NCBI GenBank assembly: GCA_030264375.1
Contig: JASCQW010000081.1
Span: 13,001,993 to 13,065,992, forward strand
Origin: Carcharhinus longimanus
Lineage: Eukaryota
Direction: 5' to 3'
DNA: 64,000 bases
The stretch's first letter is position 1; every line of letters starts with the position of its first letter. Positions 50,266 to 63,750 of the stretch are shown in pieces. The position numbers were made by a program, and so were the translations under genes. The notes beneath the pieces were generated by a model that did no database searches, was not told the DNA's origin, and saw nothing but the letters and a program-made list of their open reading frames with translations.

Positions 50266-53200
50266 ATGAATGTGGACTCCTCAGTTCCTTGTTCTAGCTT
50301 TGGACATATGTAAACTGCTTTTTTCCAGTCAGCTCCCAGAGCTTCTGTACAGCTCTTTTTAAGCTAACTAACTGTTCAAGCCAGCTGCTTTGTGTCACAA
50401 GGCACTGAGGACCACTGTAGGTTTCTTCCACTAGCTGCAAGCAAATCTTCCAGCTGCTTTTCTCTCCCAAACTCCAACTGAATTGCCTGCTTCTGTCAGC
50501 AAACACACACAGACAAATTAAACAACAGAACCTTCTAATCATGATTCCACTTCGAGTCACTATCCCTATGGCAGCATGGCACGCTTTGGGCTTATTCAAA
50601 CAGAAATGTAAACAAATAATTTTACCTTTAACATAACTCTTTGATTCTGCAATAGATTATGGATAATTTATATTTCTAGTGGATGTGATTGCTCTTCTCC
50701 TGACTCATGAGCTCCATTACAAGGTTAAAGATGGATCATTCATTGTTCAAGATTTTTCACCATCAACTGTGACCTTGCAAGACAGCTTTTCAATTGTAAT
50801 TAATTCCTGGCTTGATGGAATTACAATTACTTCAGGATCACTTGTCAGTTTCTTAATCAGGTACCTCCATTCTTCAGCAGTTAAACTTTATTTCCGAAAA
50901 CTAAAAGTTACATTCTAAAATATATAAACCATGAAGTAGATTTTCATGGCATGCATGAAGAAGAAATAGATATTTGGCACTTGACCATCGTTTTGTGCCA
51001 TCACGTAGCTCCACAAAACTGACTGTAGTTAACAGCATTAAGCCCAAAATAATTCACACAATAGACATTAATAAGGAAGGCACATAAGAGGGCAGCAGGG
51101 CCCCTTTGCCCACTGCAGGCACACTGTTGGATGGAAAGCATCCCACCATTTCAACTCACTTAGCTAGAGGAGCAATACGGAAATGGGTCCAGGAGGCAGG
51201 ATATTGCTCCTTCAAAATTGGTTAAAGAACTGGAAGAGCATGGTGAGACACTTAGTCAAGCAGCATGTGCATGGAAAAATAATAATGACTCACTGTAACA
51301 TGTACTTGATGAGCCGAAAGGCGTCCTTCTGTGCAGCAATGACTGTATATCTTAGTTTATTACTTTTACTTAACAAAAGAAAAAGTCATGTTGGACTCAA
51401 AAGAAAGCAAGTAAAACATCTTGAATTCTCTGCAAATGTATTCAATTTATTTGGCGAATGGTTCACCTCCCACGATTCTGTTCCTGGGCCAACTTCTCCT
51501 TCTATAACACGAGATAGAAGGCAATAGCCACTGCACTGTGGGGTTGGAAAAACCTCTGTGCTGTCAATACCGATAGTTCCAAACCCTTGCCCTGAATTCC
51601 AATCAGTCACAAGAAACTGAGTATTGCAAACAAAAAAAGGACAAATCAGACAGGCTCTTGAGCATGTCTGAGATCCACAATTTCTGGTAGGCTTACACAC
51701 TGTTCTGCCAAGAATGCATCACAAACCAAAGCTTCACTTTCATTGCAACATTAAAGGAATATTCTTCAAGCATTCTTATATCCTGTTATATAAAGTTCTT
51801 ACATCTAACTAATTCTATTTTGAATGGGTGTCTTAGGTGCACTTTTCATATGCTTCACATCCCCTCCCTCTCTGCACACAATTCAACATTCAATAACTGT
51901 TGTGAAGTTTGTTACCACTTCCTAACAGTCTTGATGACTTTTTAAACTTGTACATTTTTGTTCATATTAACAGTAAAAGGGAACATACCCCAAAGTTGTG
52001 AATGAAAATAGTTGAGCATTATGCCCATAAAGCACACAAGTATTACCAATGAAAGAATCTTTCAATCCCCACTCTGCAACAATTGTGGAAAGTCATATTA
52101 CATGAGATTGAAATTCACCATTAGTATGCTATAAAAGTTAAGTTTTGAACTGCCACTTAAGGTAAAACAGGATATCCTGGAATTGGGGAATGGCAATCAC
52201 ACACTCCAAGGTGGCACTCTCTGGGTTGCTGCCCAGTAGCAGCAGGTCAAAGAATGACGAGATCATGCAGCTGAATGCATNNNNNNNNNNNNNNNNNNNN
52301 NNNNNNNNNNNNNNNNNNNNNNNNNNNNNNNNNNNNNNNNNNNNNNNNNNNNNNNNNNNNNNNNNNNNNNNNNNNNNNNNGTGATGTGGCGGCGCGGGCT
52401 TGTTGGGCCGAAGGGCCTGTTTCCCGTGCTGGGTTGTTCTTTGTTCTTTGTTAATTTTGCATGGAAACAGGCCTATGTGATTTACCATCAAAACTTACTG
52501 AAAATCAAGCAAGCTTTCACACCTTGATATGAAAGAGGTAGCTTTTTTTGGGTCAAATACAGCAAGGCAGAGGTACAAAAATGGATTTATTACAGTGGGA
52601 GAAGCAGCCTCCATTGCTGTGAAGAGTAGGTTAAAACTGTTTGTGTTAACAGCTAAGCAGGATGATTGTAAAAGTTGGTGTCTGTTGAAAGGAAGGGAAC
52701 AGAATTGTTGGGACTCCTTGATCAATTTTAAGACATGAGTTGCTGCCAAGGTAGGCCTTGCTGATAGGTCTGTCCGAATGGGCCAGATTTTTAAAAGGAC
52801 ACCAGAATATTTGACCTGGTGTGGCTGGGAGAAGCATGCTTGATGGAAACACCTTGAGACTTATTCTTGCATTGTTATCCATCTATCAGAAGAATGGCAT
52901 GTGGTTGAAAAAAATATAGTATGATGTATTTTGAGTTAATTCATGCAAAAGTACCTTTTCTGTAAGATGATGTATTACTTCCTTGTTAAATAGTGTTTGG
53001 TTTTTGATAGTTTGTTGGAGCGAATCACAGACTTCTACTATGTCGGTCATTGGGAAATTCAACACTTTTGATAAGTTCTGGGGGTCATAACAAGCATCAA
53101 AAGTGCACTTTAAGGATAGTGATTTAATCCATTCCAGCTTTTTGTATGTACAATGGTTTCTGTTCGTGGCAGCAGAACAAAAGCACACTTGCGGTCATTA

Positions 53201-53569
53201 TTCTCATGACCTTAAAGCTAAATAAAGGATCTAGTGTTTACACCATGAAATATAAGGGCAACTAGTGCCTACAAATGAAAGCAAAAACGTGCTCAATTAA
53301 ACTGAAGTATTATCACAGCAATACGGCTGGGCATAAAACCTGTAATGCAATCCATTCTCTATTTTTTTGACATTTGCTGATGTCCGACCTGTACTTGGGC
53401 TCAAGGAATTTGAAAGAATCAGTGGAAAAAGTTCTGGTTATATTTGTTTAGAAGTGTGTACCTGAAATAAACAGAAACCTCAGCTTAACATTCAGTGACT
53501 ATGGTCATTTCTTTAAAAGGTTTTGACAACTGCCTGTAACATCAAGTAACAAAATATTTAATCTTTCAG

Positions 53570-53775
53570 GAATGAGGATGTTGCTGGCAAGGCCAGTAAT
53601 TGTTGCCCATCATTAATTGCCCATGAATTGAGTAGCATGCTAGGCTATTTTGAAGTGCAGCTAATTCAACCACATTGCTGTGGGTCTGGAGTCACACATA
53701 GGCTAGACCAGATAAGAATAGCAGATTTCTTTCTCTAAAGGACATTAGCAAGCCAGAGTGGTTTTTACAACTTGG
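53570..53775 (-). mobile_element. Second tRNA-SINE family, 3' half
   Basis: gatgttgctggcaaggccag...agatttcttctctaaaggacattag. Confidence 0.7.
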
Positions 53776-53879
53776 TTAGAGGTGAAACTGACAAAAAGGT
53801 ATCATTTGTCTAAGTGTTTCTGAAAAGAGAGATTTTAGCAACTAAACCTTAATCAAGAGGCTTGAATCTTTCACAAACC

Positions 53880-54115
53880 CAATGAAGTCGATGTAATGTA
53901 GGGTCCATGGCTGCCAATTTGTGCACAAGATCCTACAAACAGCAGTGTGATAATGGCCAGAGAATCAGTTTTTATGCTGTTGATAAAGGAATAGATGTTG
54001 GCCAGGATACCAGGAATAACTCCCCTCCTGTCCCTCAAATTAGTGCCATGGGATCATTTATGTCCACCTGAGACAGCAGAGAGGACCTCGATTTAACATC
54101 TCTTCCAAAAGACAA
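53880..54115 (-). mobile_element. Deu-SINE core
   Basis: tagtgccatgggatcatttatgtccacctgaga...cctcgatttaacatctcttccaaaagac. Confidence 0.78.
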
Positions 54116-56899
54116 AATTAATGGCAGAATTTTGTTCCTTAAAAGACATGCTTCTGTGTTCCATTGGGAATTTCTAGCATTCAGAGATGTATTATTGCAA
54201 CTTACATTCTTGTCTCTGTATTTAGAAGGAATTGGCACTAGCACGGATGACATCATTGTTTGAGGATTCACTCAGCAGGAACATATTATCACATTTAGGT
54301 GAATGTTAGAAAAGCCAGGAAGAACACAAAATGTCATGAAGTTCAACAAAGGCAACTGTATGTTCAGTGTGAATTAACGCCTTTTCATGGGAGTTTATTG
54401 TCAAAGTCAAGCTTTTTGATTGCTATTTAAAAAAAATACTTAATTGGTCTAGATGTTTCTAGGGACTTGAACCATGTCAGAGATTGTAACAAAAAGTCTT
54501 ATGAAGTGTCTTAAATAGCCATGAAACACAATGGGTACGAAGTCCCAATGGGTGGGAAAATGTGCGGACTTAGTAAAATTAATTTACAGCACTCTATCAC
54601 ACAGGCTGTCAGAGGATTTACGCCTGTGGAGGTGGGAAGGACAGAGGCTAGCATCAGCGTGCTGAGGGGGCTAATGTGCATGCGCCAATCTCCCAGAATA
54701 CTGGGAGATCAGTTGACATGCGCCTCCCCCCAGACATCGTCAGCCTCTCAATCACAATCCCACCAACATTTCCAGCCCTGAACGCCCCCACTCCACAGTG
54801 CAGAATGCATCTCCATTTCTTCCCTTCCTACCTACACACCCAATCTGGCTCTGGCCCCACCTCCTTGGCACTACCTTGTGACTGCTGGGTGGTGCCAATG
54901 TGCACAGCGAGCAATACCAGGGTGGCATGCTGACATTGCTCACAGATCCCTCCACCCCACCCCGATCCTTGACCTCCAAAGAGGCCTCAATGGCCCCAGG
55001 TTGCACGAGCAAGGCCATCATGCCTGATCTCCATTGTTGGGGACCATCTGTGATCCCCACTGGTGTGGACCTCCACTGGTGAGATCACAGAATTGGGTTC
55101 TGGGCTTGCTAAATAGATGGAAATGCTGATTTCCATATTGTAATCAGTCTTGTGTTGTTCCTTGGCTCGAGGCTGGTTATGTCCAAAATTCCCATTTTTG
55201 GCCATTGTGTTTCCTGGCCTGCCGCACTACTCAAGCAGTGCAGCTTGCTGGGAAAATCATGCCCTATTTCTTTCACCCACCAACCTCAAGTCTTGTGGTA
55301 ACAATGATGGTTCTACCCCCAGTAAAATCAATGGTGATCACAATTTTCTTCCAGATAAGACAGGCACTAAAACTCTGATTTACAAATACTGCCTCTGGTG
55401 ACCTGGCAGTGGTGTGTTTTATTGTTCCAATATCCTGCTTAAACCCTCAGTTGCTAAATATGTATTCCTATTATGAAGATTAAACAACTAGGATCTTTGA
55501 GTATCCACTTCCTGCACTGGGATTAATATTGTCGGATCCTTTTCCCATTTGATTTAGGAGATAACTTTTAGAATTTAAATGGCCCACATTTTAATTTAAT
55601 TCTGTTTTCCCCAATGCTCAACCTCATTAAAAACTACCAACACAATATATATTTTCTAATCATTCTAATTTGGTTATTAATCACTATTGTTTCACTTATG
55701 AGTAAATTACGTATTTCGTAAATGTCAAGTTCATCTAGTCAGAGGAATGCTTGCATATTATGCCAAGGCTGCTTCATTCAAACCAAATAACGACAAACTT
55801 TTCAATATTAATAGTTAGCTTTAGTTCATTTTATGCCCATCATAATCAAAAGTCAATTATTTTGTTCTGAGTATTTTCAATGTAGTAACTTGAAGATCCT
55901 ACACCGTTGACAAAAATCTTAGTCAGAAAATGACACCACTGTTTAATAATTGTAGATTAAAGTTTATTACAGGAGTTACATTTTCATTCACTTAAACTCT
56001 CCCATGGCTCTGAGTAGAGAATGTGGAATTGCTTCAACTCTTCGACTAACACCCAGTACTTAATGTGGCATATTCTAATTAGAATATCAACAAAAAGTTA
56101 CCATGAGATCAGACTGACATTTACAGTGCATGTCATTGATCCCCTATGACACCAATGATTGTCCAACAATATAAAGATTTATAAAAGATTGCAGAAACAT
56201 GGCCCAGTTCCTAGAAAATGAACATTAACAACAGAGTTGATAGCTATGGAAAGTGTGCAGTAAAGAATGTCAGAATTTGAATGTCATTGAAATAAGTGTA
56301 AGTGTGCAATGTAATGACAACAGAATCAGTGTTTGTGTGAAAACCTGAACAGAATATTGCTAAGGGCAGAGAGCAATTCTATACAATGGATGGCCACAGC
56401 AATCGCTGTCATGCTTCACAGAAGGTAGCAATCAAAAAGGCAGCAGAAATACAATTGCTTTAATTTGAATTGAGTAATTTTACATTCACATGACACATAC
56501 TGGTATTGAAAAATGCAAGAGAAGAATTTGCAAGGGAAGGCATAGACAAAGACTGAACAAGAGATCAAATAATCTAGTCAAAGATGATATTTTGCACCTC
56601 ACTTACCAGTTCAAGCAACAAATGGTTACCAAGATGCAAGTTGCTCCAGGTTTCTTTTAATACATAAAAGTACTAGGTAGCAGGAAATTATTCTAATTAT
56701 ACAAAAGGTTACCTTTCAACAAATAACAATAAATTGGTTATTCAAGCAATTAAATTCATATTCTCCAGAAGTGATATGTCAGAAATCTTCAATGCTAAAA
56801 GCTCTTATGATAACACAGGCTTTTAAACACTTGTGGAAGAATCAAAATAAGTGTACAACCCTGACTTAGCATAGAAATAAACTGATCTTGATGGAAGAA

Positions 56900-57985
56900 G
56901 TGTCAGCTGTGGCTCTGTCAGAAGATAGCGCTTTCACCTTTTCAGTCAAAAAGTTCAATTCCCACTCCAGGGATAAAGGCAAGTTTGGATGGGGATATTT
57001 ATTTGGGCAGGAAGATGCCAGATGGAGAGCCTGCCACATTCCCACTTCTGCCCTGATTAAGTCTAGAGCAGGAACAGTTAGTGGATGGCTTTCCCACTAC
57101 ACTGTCAATCGAATCCCTTAGGTGGCCCACAAAAGGGCCTCATCCTGTCACTGCTGGTACTCAAACTACAGCAGGTGGGGCAGTCACCATGTGGAAAGTC
57201 CAGAAGCACACATACCTGATTTGGGGTACCTGGGGTCAGGAAGGTGGAAGAAAGTGGAGAGGAGTAGTGGGGGGTGGGGGTGGGAGGGCTGCTCAGAGCC
57301 TTCACTCAACCCTCACTGCTGACCACCCGCACCACCACCACCTCCCCCCTCCCCCGCCACCTTCCTTTCCCTTAATCTATTGTGATTGGGCCCCTCTTTG
57401 GTTATTGGCCCCTGGAGGGTGCATTACCAGCAACAGCCACAGCTCCTCCAGTGTGCTGCATGCAATGCACAAATGCTGGCCTGTGATTTGCCAGCAACTC
57501 TCAGGGGGTGGGATTTCTGCTGCTGGTGTCTTTGATTCTGGGACTGGCCCGCCATTGCCCATTTAGTGGACCTTCCTCAAAGGAGACAGCAAGATGCCTT
57601 CACTGGCCTCCAGTTAGTGGGCGAGACACTCATCACCTGCATTAACTATGGCCCCAAGACATGAATATTAAGTTTAAGGCAGACTGCAGTGGTAAGTGTC
57701 GCACAATTAGCATTGCCAACTTTCAAATGGAATGTTAAATGGCCCTTTCACAGGTGGTCTTATTCTGGAGGACCATGGGAATGATCTCTGGTGTTCTGAT
57801 CAACATTTACCCCTTAATCATCATCACAAAAACAGGTTGTGGTCATCATCTAGTTGCTGCTTTGTGGGAGTTTGCTCTGAATATATTGGCCACTGTATTT
57901 TCCACATTACAAAGTGACCTCACTTAAAAGGAATCTCATCAGCTGTGAAGTGCTTTAGATGGTCTAGTGATCATGAAAGAAATGG
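56900..57985 (+). mobile_element. Deu-SINE split by a ~690-bp GC-rich insert (56971-57655)
   Basis: Head gtgtcagctgtggctc...ttcccactccag resumes at agacatgaatattaag and runs through the Deu core to gtgaagtgctttagatgg. Confidence 0.6.
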
Positions 57986-58059
57986 AAGCTGTTCTTCCAA
58001 ACAAGAAAAATCAATAACATAATGAGAGGTAACAGTGAAATAAGTAAATAAGAAATACA

Positions 58060-58306
58060 TGCATTTAAACAACGGTTTAGTAGCACAGAACTGAATACTG
58101 CTAAAAAGAGAAACATTTTGCAAAAGCCTTTAGTCTTGCACTTATTAGGACATTTTAAAATGTCAAATTTCAAATGATTACAACAATTCATATGACAGAA
58201 GATGATGCTGATTGGTTGGCAAATCAACTTTGGACAAGGCACTGCTATGGAGAAAGCAAAATGGAACTCTATGCTCCCCAGGCTCCCAGGAAATTCAAAA
58301 AATGGC
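58060..58306 (-). mobile_element. Repeat carrying a degenerate hammerhead-like motif (inverted partner of 59299-59460)
   Basis: Minus strand ttgccaaccaatcagcatc...tgtcctaataagtgcaagactaaaggctttt. Confidence 0.55.
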
Positions 58307-59298
58307 TAGTGTAGTGCCACAATTAGGCAACACTTGCTAAACAATCCTGTGTGTACTAATAGCTATACTAACAATCAATTTAAAATAATTAAACTCATTT
58401 AATGGTCATTTACGCTTGTTTTAAATGACACAGGAATCTGTTCTCTGTAAACCATGCGGATTCAACAAATGACCCATAAGCTTGGGTTGCCTGCAGTTCC
58501 TCTTTGCTTTCTCCATGGTACTGTGAAGTTGAGTAGAGTAATTGTAGATTGGTGTCTGTAAAATTGTGAATGGTAGGGAAAGGCATTGCAAGATCCCTTT
58601 AAAAGGTGGTGCTTTTTGTGCTTAAAGTTTTTTTAAAAATGCAAGTACGTATAGAGCATCCAAACTGAAACATTTGTATCGTAAGGTCAAGCAGCAGGGT
58701 TACCAAGGCAACAGGTTTTTGAATTAGGCACTTAGATATCAAGAGCCTATTAAATTTAAATCTGATGGTTTTGCCAACCTAGGACCAATCCTATTTTGAG
58801 GGATATTAATATTGTCATCACAGGTATAAAGAGAGAGGGCAGTGGGACAAAAGCAGAGAGCAATTGGCAACTGCCAGAGTAACCGCTCTTAGCTTCACTT
58901 ATGTCTCAAGAAAAAGCACCATCTTGATAGCAAAGGAAGAAAGACAGAGGAAAGAAGAATCAATAGAAAAGGCCCAAATATTTTGAAAGACAAAATACCT
59001 GTTTGTAATTTAGAGTGAGTAAAATTATTTTTTTCATTAAAAAGTGGGAATTGTATTTATCTGAACAGCATTCTGTTAGAATCATATTTTATTTGGTTTA
59101 ATAGTTAACTTGTTCACAGTTAGATAAATTGTTACTTGTTGACTTTAGAGTGTGTGTAAAGGAGTTATTTTGATTTAACCATTAAAAGTTGCTGATTGCA
59201 CCACTTCACACTCACTTTTACAGATTATAAGGTGAGATACTCCTCTGCATGGTTACATATTAGTTCTCGGAGTGAGAATCCACCTCCGCTTCGTAACA
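58307..59298 (+). mobile_element. Probable solo LTR (~990 bp)
   Basis: TGTAGT at 58310 and CGTAACA at the end; TATAAA at 58825, ATTAAA at 59181; flanking atggc at 58302-58306 and 59299-59303. Confidence 0.5.
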
Positions 59299-59460
59299 AT
59301 GGCAACACTTTGGCCAGTTAACTTGCCAACAAATCAGCACCCTTTTCCTCTGTTGCAATCTTTTGAAATTTTGCACTTGTGTGTTTGTCCTGATGAGTAC
59401 AAGAGGAAAAGCTTTAGCAGCATATCGCATGTTCAAATGCTGTACTACCAGCAATTGTTT
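59299..59460 (+). mobile_element. Repeat with a hammerhead-like motif (59386-59415)
   Basis: tgtc CUGAUGA GU ACAAG AG GAAA AGCUUU. Confidence 0.55.
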
Positions 59461-59594
59461 TGAAAAATAGTCACCGTGAAAATGTGAGCTGGAAAACGGG
59501 ATTAGAATAGTTGTCTTTGACTAGCACAGAGTCAGAGGTTTACAGCATAGAAACAGGCCCTTCAGCCCAACTTTTACCATTAAGCTAATCCTAT

Positions 59595-59999
59595 TTAAAG
59601 TTTATTTATTAGTGTCACAAGTAGGCTTACATTAACATTGCAATGAAGTTACTGTGAAAATCCCCTAGTTNNNNNNNNNNNNNNNNNNNNNNNNNNNNNN
59701 NNNNNNNNNNNNNNNNNNNNNNNNNNNNNNNNNNNNNNNNNNNNNNNNNNNNNNNNNNNNNNNNNNNNNNTGAAGTTACTGTGAAAATCCCCTAGTTGCC
59801 ACACTCTGGAGCCGGTTCACAAACAATGAGGGAGAATTTAACATGGCCAATGTACCTAACCAACACTTCTTTCAGACTGTGGGAGGAAAACCACGAACAC
59901 ATGGGGAGGACGTTTAGACTCCGCAGTTAGTGACCCAATCTGGGAAACGAACCCAAGTCCCCGGCACTGAGGTAGCACTGCTAACCACTGTGCCACCCC
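59595..59999 (-). mobile_element. HE1-like SINE, tail B, spanning a gap
   Basis: aaagtttatttattagtgtcacaagtaggc...ctaaccactgtgccaccc. Confidence 0.85.
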
Positions 60000-60454
60000 T
60001 CAAATGCCAAACAGCCCTTTTTTGTGCTGTATACCTCAATGACTTTGATCAAGATTGAGAGTCCAGAAATGGTAATATCGTCATTAACAATATGCTAAAT
60101 CTTCACCCTTGTTATAAAAGCAGAGATTAAAGCCTGGAGATTTGTCCATCTTGTCTCAATATTTTTCTCCATTATTACTTTTGAAATTTATATTAAATCT
60201 AATACTTTCCTCCTTAACTCATTTTAGCTTTCCTATTGCTGACAGTGACTTTATTGCTCACTGTGATAGTGTACTTATTTCCTTATTCTTCATTATAGTC
60301 TTACCTGCATCGGTCTTTAATCAGTTCTTTATTATTCTGCTCCTAAAATATTTGTATAAACTTTTGTTGTTTAGCTTTGATATATCTTGAAATTTTTCAC
60401 ATTCTTTTTCTACACCGCTTATGTTCTTAAGAAAGGAAATTTGATATCCCTACC

Positions 60455-60580
60455 TTGTCTGACCTACATATGCCCCCAGATTCACAGCAATGTGGTTAAC
60501 TCTAAACTGCCCTCAAGGTAATCAGAGAGACTGGCCATGCCGGCAATACCCACATCCCATGAATGAACTTTTAAAAAAAG
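60455..60580 (+). mobile_element. Second tRNA-SINE family, 3' end
   Basis: cacagcaatgtggttaactctaaactgccctc...cccacatcccatgaatgaac. Confidence 0.7.
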
Positions 60581-60667
60581 TGATTTAGGAATCAATGCCA
60601 AAGAGAGAATTCACCCATCAGTTAGTAACTTGCATCCACTCCTCCGTCCTGCCATTATCATGCATGG

Positions 60668-60957
60668 AGTGGCATAGTGGTTAGCATTGCCACCTCACAG
60701 CACCAGGGACCTGAGTTCAATTCCCGGCTTGGGTCACCATCTGTGCAGAGTTTGCATGTTCTCCCCATGAGTCTGTTTGTGTTTCCTCCAGGTGCGCCGA
60801 TTTCCTTCCATAGTCTGAAAGACATGCTGGTTAGGTGCACTGGCCATGCTAAATTCTCCTTCAGTGTATCCCAACAGGTGCCAGAGTGAGGCAACTAGGA
60901 GATTTTCAGTAACTTCAATGCAGTGTTAATGTAAGCCTACTTGTGACACTAAAACTA
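60668..60957 (+). mobile_element. HE1-like SINE, tail B
   Basis: Head, core and gcctacttgtgacact tail. Confidence 0.88.
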
Positions 60958-62322
60958 AAGAAAGCGTTGGTGCCTGGCTGAAATACTGGTACATAATCGA
61001 TTATTCTGCCTCTGCCAAAGTTGGTTTGTAACTGACCACTTAAAAGATGCAAAAGGAAGTGGCCAGGGGAATTTAGCCTTTTATTTTCCTTCCATCCTTG
61101 GGAGAAGCAGCTGTATTACTCATTGCAGTAAACAATATGCAGAAGCTTTGTGACTACTACAATGCTGAAAGTTAAAGTCTCATTACTAGGGCTATCATAG
61201 TTACTCAGGCAAATTTAAAAAAATTGAGAAATGCACACTTAAACATGGTGGTGGCCGAAAACTAGGCAGAGAAGGCCTATTTATTTATTGAGACCCTAGT
61301 GTTGTCAATGCTATTTTTACAGATGCAGTCGGTTCTGAATTAAAACTGTCTACTACCTACCAGATGACATTTAAAAAGCTTAGATGACCAGAAAAAATAA
61401 ACAGAAATTTGATATCTGCTCCTTCAACTGCCTCAGGATAGGGAAGGAGGATGGGAGATAATCTTTTGCAAATGGCTGTTCTGAATTCTCAATAAAGCTG
61501 TTGGTCCTTTGGCTATGTGCCGTAAAACTCCACTAACCTCAAAAAGGTAATCTAATTAATTTGGATTCAGAACCAAGATCTTGCTGAAATATGAAGTATT
61601 ATTCCTTCCCGCTCCAATGGACACACTCACCAAGCACTATTGTTAAGAAGGTTGCTTAAGATCTTCTAGATCTTCCACCCATTTTGGGTCTACAGGATGT
61701 AGGGTCCTTATCCATTGGCAGTCTGACCTACTTTCCAGTCCTGTGTAGTTGCAAGTTGGCATATTTTCTCAGTTTTCTCTGTGTCCTGCTTCTGAATCTT
61801 CTCTGGTGATCTTCCTCACAAGAAAATCTGAACCAATCTCTACAGTTCCCTTGAGTGAAACAAGTCGCACTACATGGAGACATAAGGAACATATCCCCAG
61901 AGCACAGCAATAAATATGGCAGTAACAATCTTAACAAGAGCTAAGAAAAAGAACACAGTCATTTTATAAACAACGTTAATAGTAAAGGCATGGATGTTTA
62001 ATAGTTTTTTCCAAGTCACTTACATTTATTGTTACTAGATCTATATATCTGTGTCCAAACGTAGGAAGATGTTATTGACAATGCAATGTTTGGATCAAGT
62101 CTGGTGGATGCTGTACAAGTCAATAAAGCAAAAACAAGTTAATTACTCTGTGTCCATGTTAACATAACCCTGAAGCAGGGTTTTCTGAGCTAACGTTCTA
62201 AACAAATATTGGTATGCAGTTTAGAATATGCAAAAGCTGAGTGAACTAATTACAACCGAAATGTTTGCAGTATCATATCAAACGGTACATCTTAAACATT
62301 AATATCAAATCTGACTGACTTA

Positions 62323-62626
62323 GGGTGGTACAGTGGTTAACACTGCTGCCTCACAGCGCCAGGGACCCAGCTTCAGGTAACTCTGTTTGCACATTCTCCA
62401 CGTCTTCCCATGGGTTTGCTCCGGGTGCTCAGATTTCCTTCCCTCCCCCATTCCAAAGAGGAGCAGGTTAGGTGGATTGGCCATGCTAAATTGACCCTTG
62501 GTGTCAGGGGGATTAGCAGGGTAAATGCGTGGAGTTATGGGGAAAGGGCCTGGCCTGGGTAGGATGGTTGTTGGTGCAGGCTGGATGGGCTGAATGGCCA
62601 CCTCTTGCACTATAGGAATACAATGA
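62323..62626 (+). mobile_element. HE1-like SINE, tail A
   Basis: gggtggtacagtggttaac...tggccacctcttgcactatagg. Confidence 0.85.
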
Positions 62627-63377
62627 AATATGTCGGTTCTAGAAATATGTTGTTCCACATGACATGAAAATGGAACTGTAGAAGAAAAACAACATAACTA
62701 CGTAACATTCATAATCTTTGCATTCTGTATCTACAAACCTAATAGTTGCTGAAATGTTTAGTTACCCATTTTAATCAACACTTCTTATTCAATTTTACTA
62801 CATCAGTGCTCACATTGTAATTACAGTTTCTGGCCACTAGACATTCTGGGCTGTACAAATTAACTTCTTGTTCCTTTCATTTTGTCTTGGATTTTATAAT
62901 GAAGTATTTTAACTTGAGAAATCCTGTTTTTGTTTGCATTGAGAGTTTATTACTACATTTTTTTTTAACAAGACATATTGCTACTTAATACTGTGAACTC
63001 TCCCAACTGTCACCACCATGTATACAATGAAAGCTTTTATTGATCGATTGTAACGCCACAGGCAGATTATTAATAATAGATTAAATTCTTGCATATAACA
63101 TGCACTTCCTATAAATGTAACAGGTGCTATAACTATAGCACTTTACTGACATGCTTTTTCCAATCACACTTGTCTGCTACACTTAAACTTAGCTATTTGC
63201 TATGATTGTGTCCTCCCTCCGACTCAATCTGCAAGGTTATTTTTCCCAGAGCAACATCCATTTAAGGACTCTACAATTCTGATCTCTTGTTGGATATTCC
63301 TGCCTGCTGTTTTGATGTTTATGCTCCTGATTTTCATGCACTTCTCAATCCTGACAGTCTCTCAGAATATTAAAAAA

Positions 63378-63750
63378 ACCTCAGAATGAGTCAAAGTCTT
63401 TGAGAGGCAATGCAGTACTTTGATCATTGATGAACTGTAGGAAACACAGTAGTTAATTTGTGCACAGGAAAATGCTACAAACAGCAACGAACAAATGATT
63501 TGCTGCCAAGGGGAGGCAGTGGTGTAGTGTTAATGTCACTGGGCTAGAGATCCAGGGTAATGCACTAGGGACTCAAGTTTGAATTTCATTATGACAGATG
63601 GTGAAATTTGAATTCAGTAAATATTGGGAATGAAAAAAGTCTAATGATGAACAGTGCCCGAGCTAGGCTAGATCATATGCTTAAAGTGAAGTGGAACTAG
63701 GATTCATGATGTTCTAGGTCAGCAGAGTGCCATCACAGAGCCAAGGCCTC
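63378..63750. mobile_element. Degenerate Deu-SINE (-) with an inserted second-family SINE head (+, 63510-63650)
   Basis: aatttgtgcacagg..ctacaaacagcaa Deu piece; gggaggcagtggtgtagtg..gggactcaagtttgaat tRNA-like head. Confidence 0.55.

Noticed and set aside
52495-53188. Three adjacent 78-100 aa minus-strand ORFs
   Set aside because: Different frames separated by stops, and no recognisable domain
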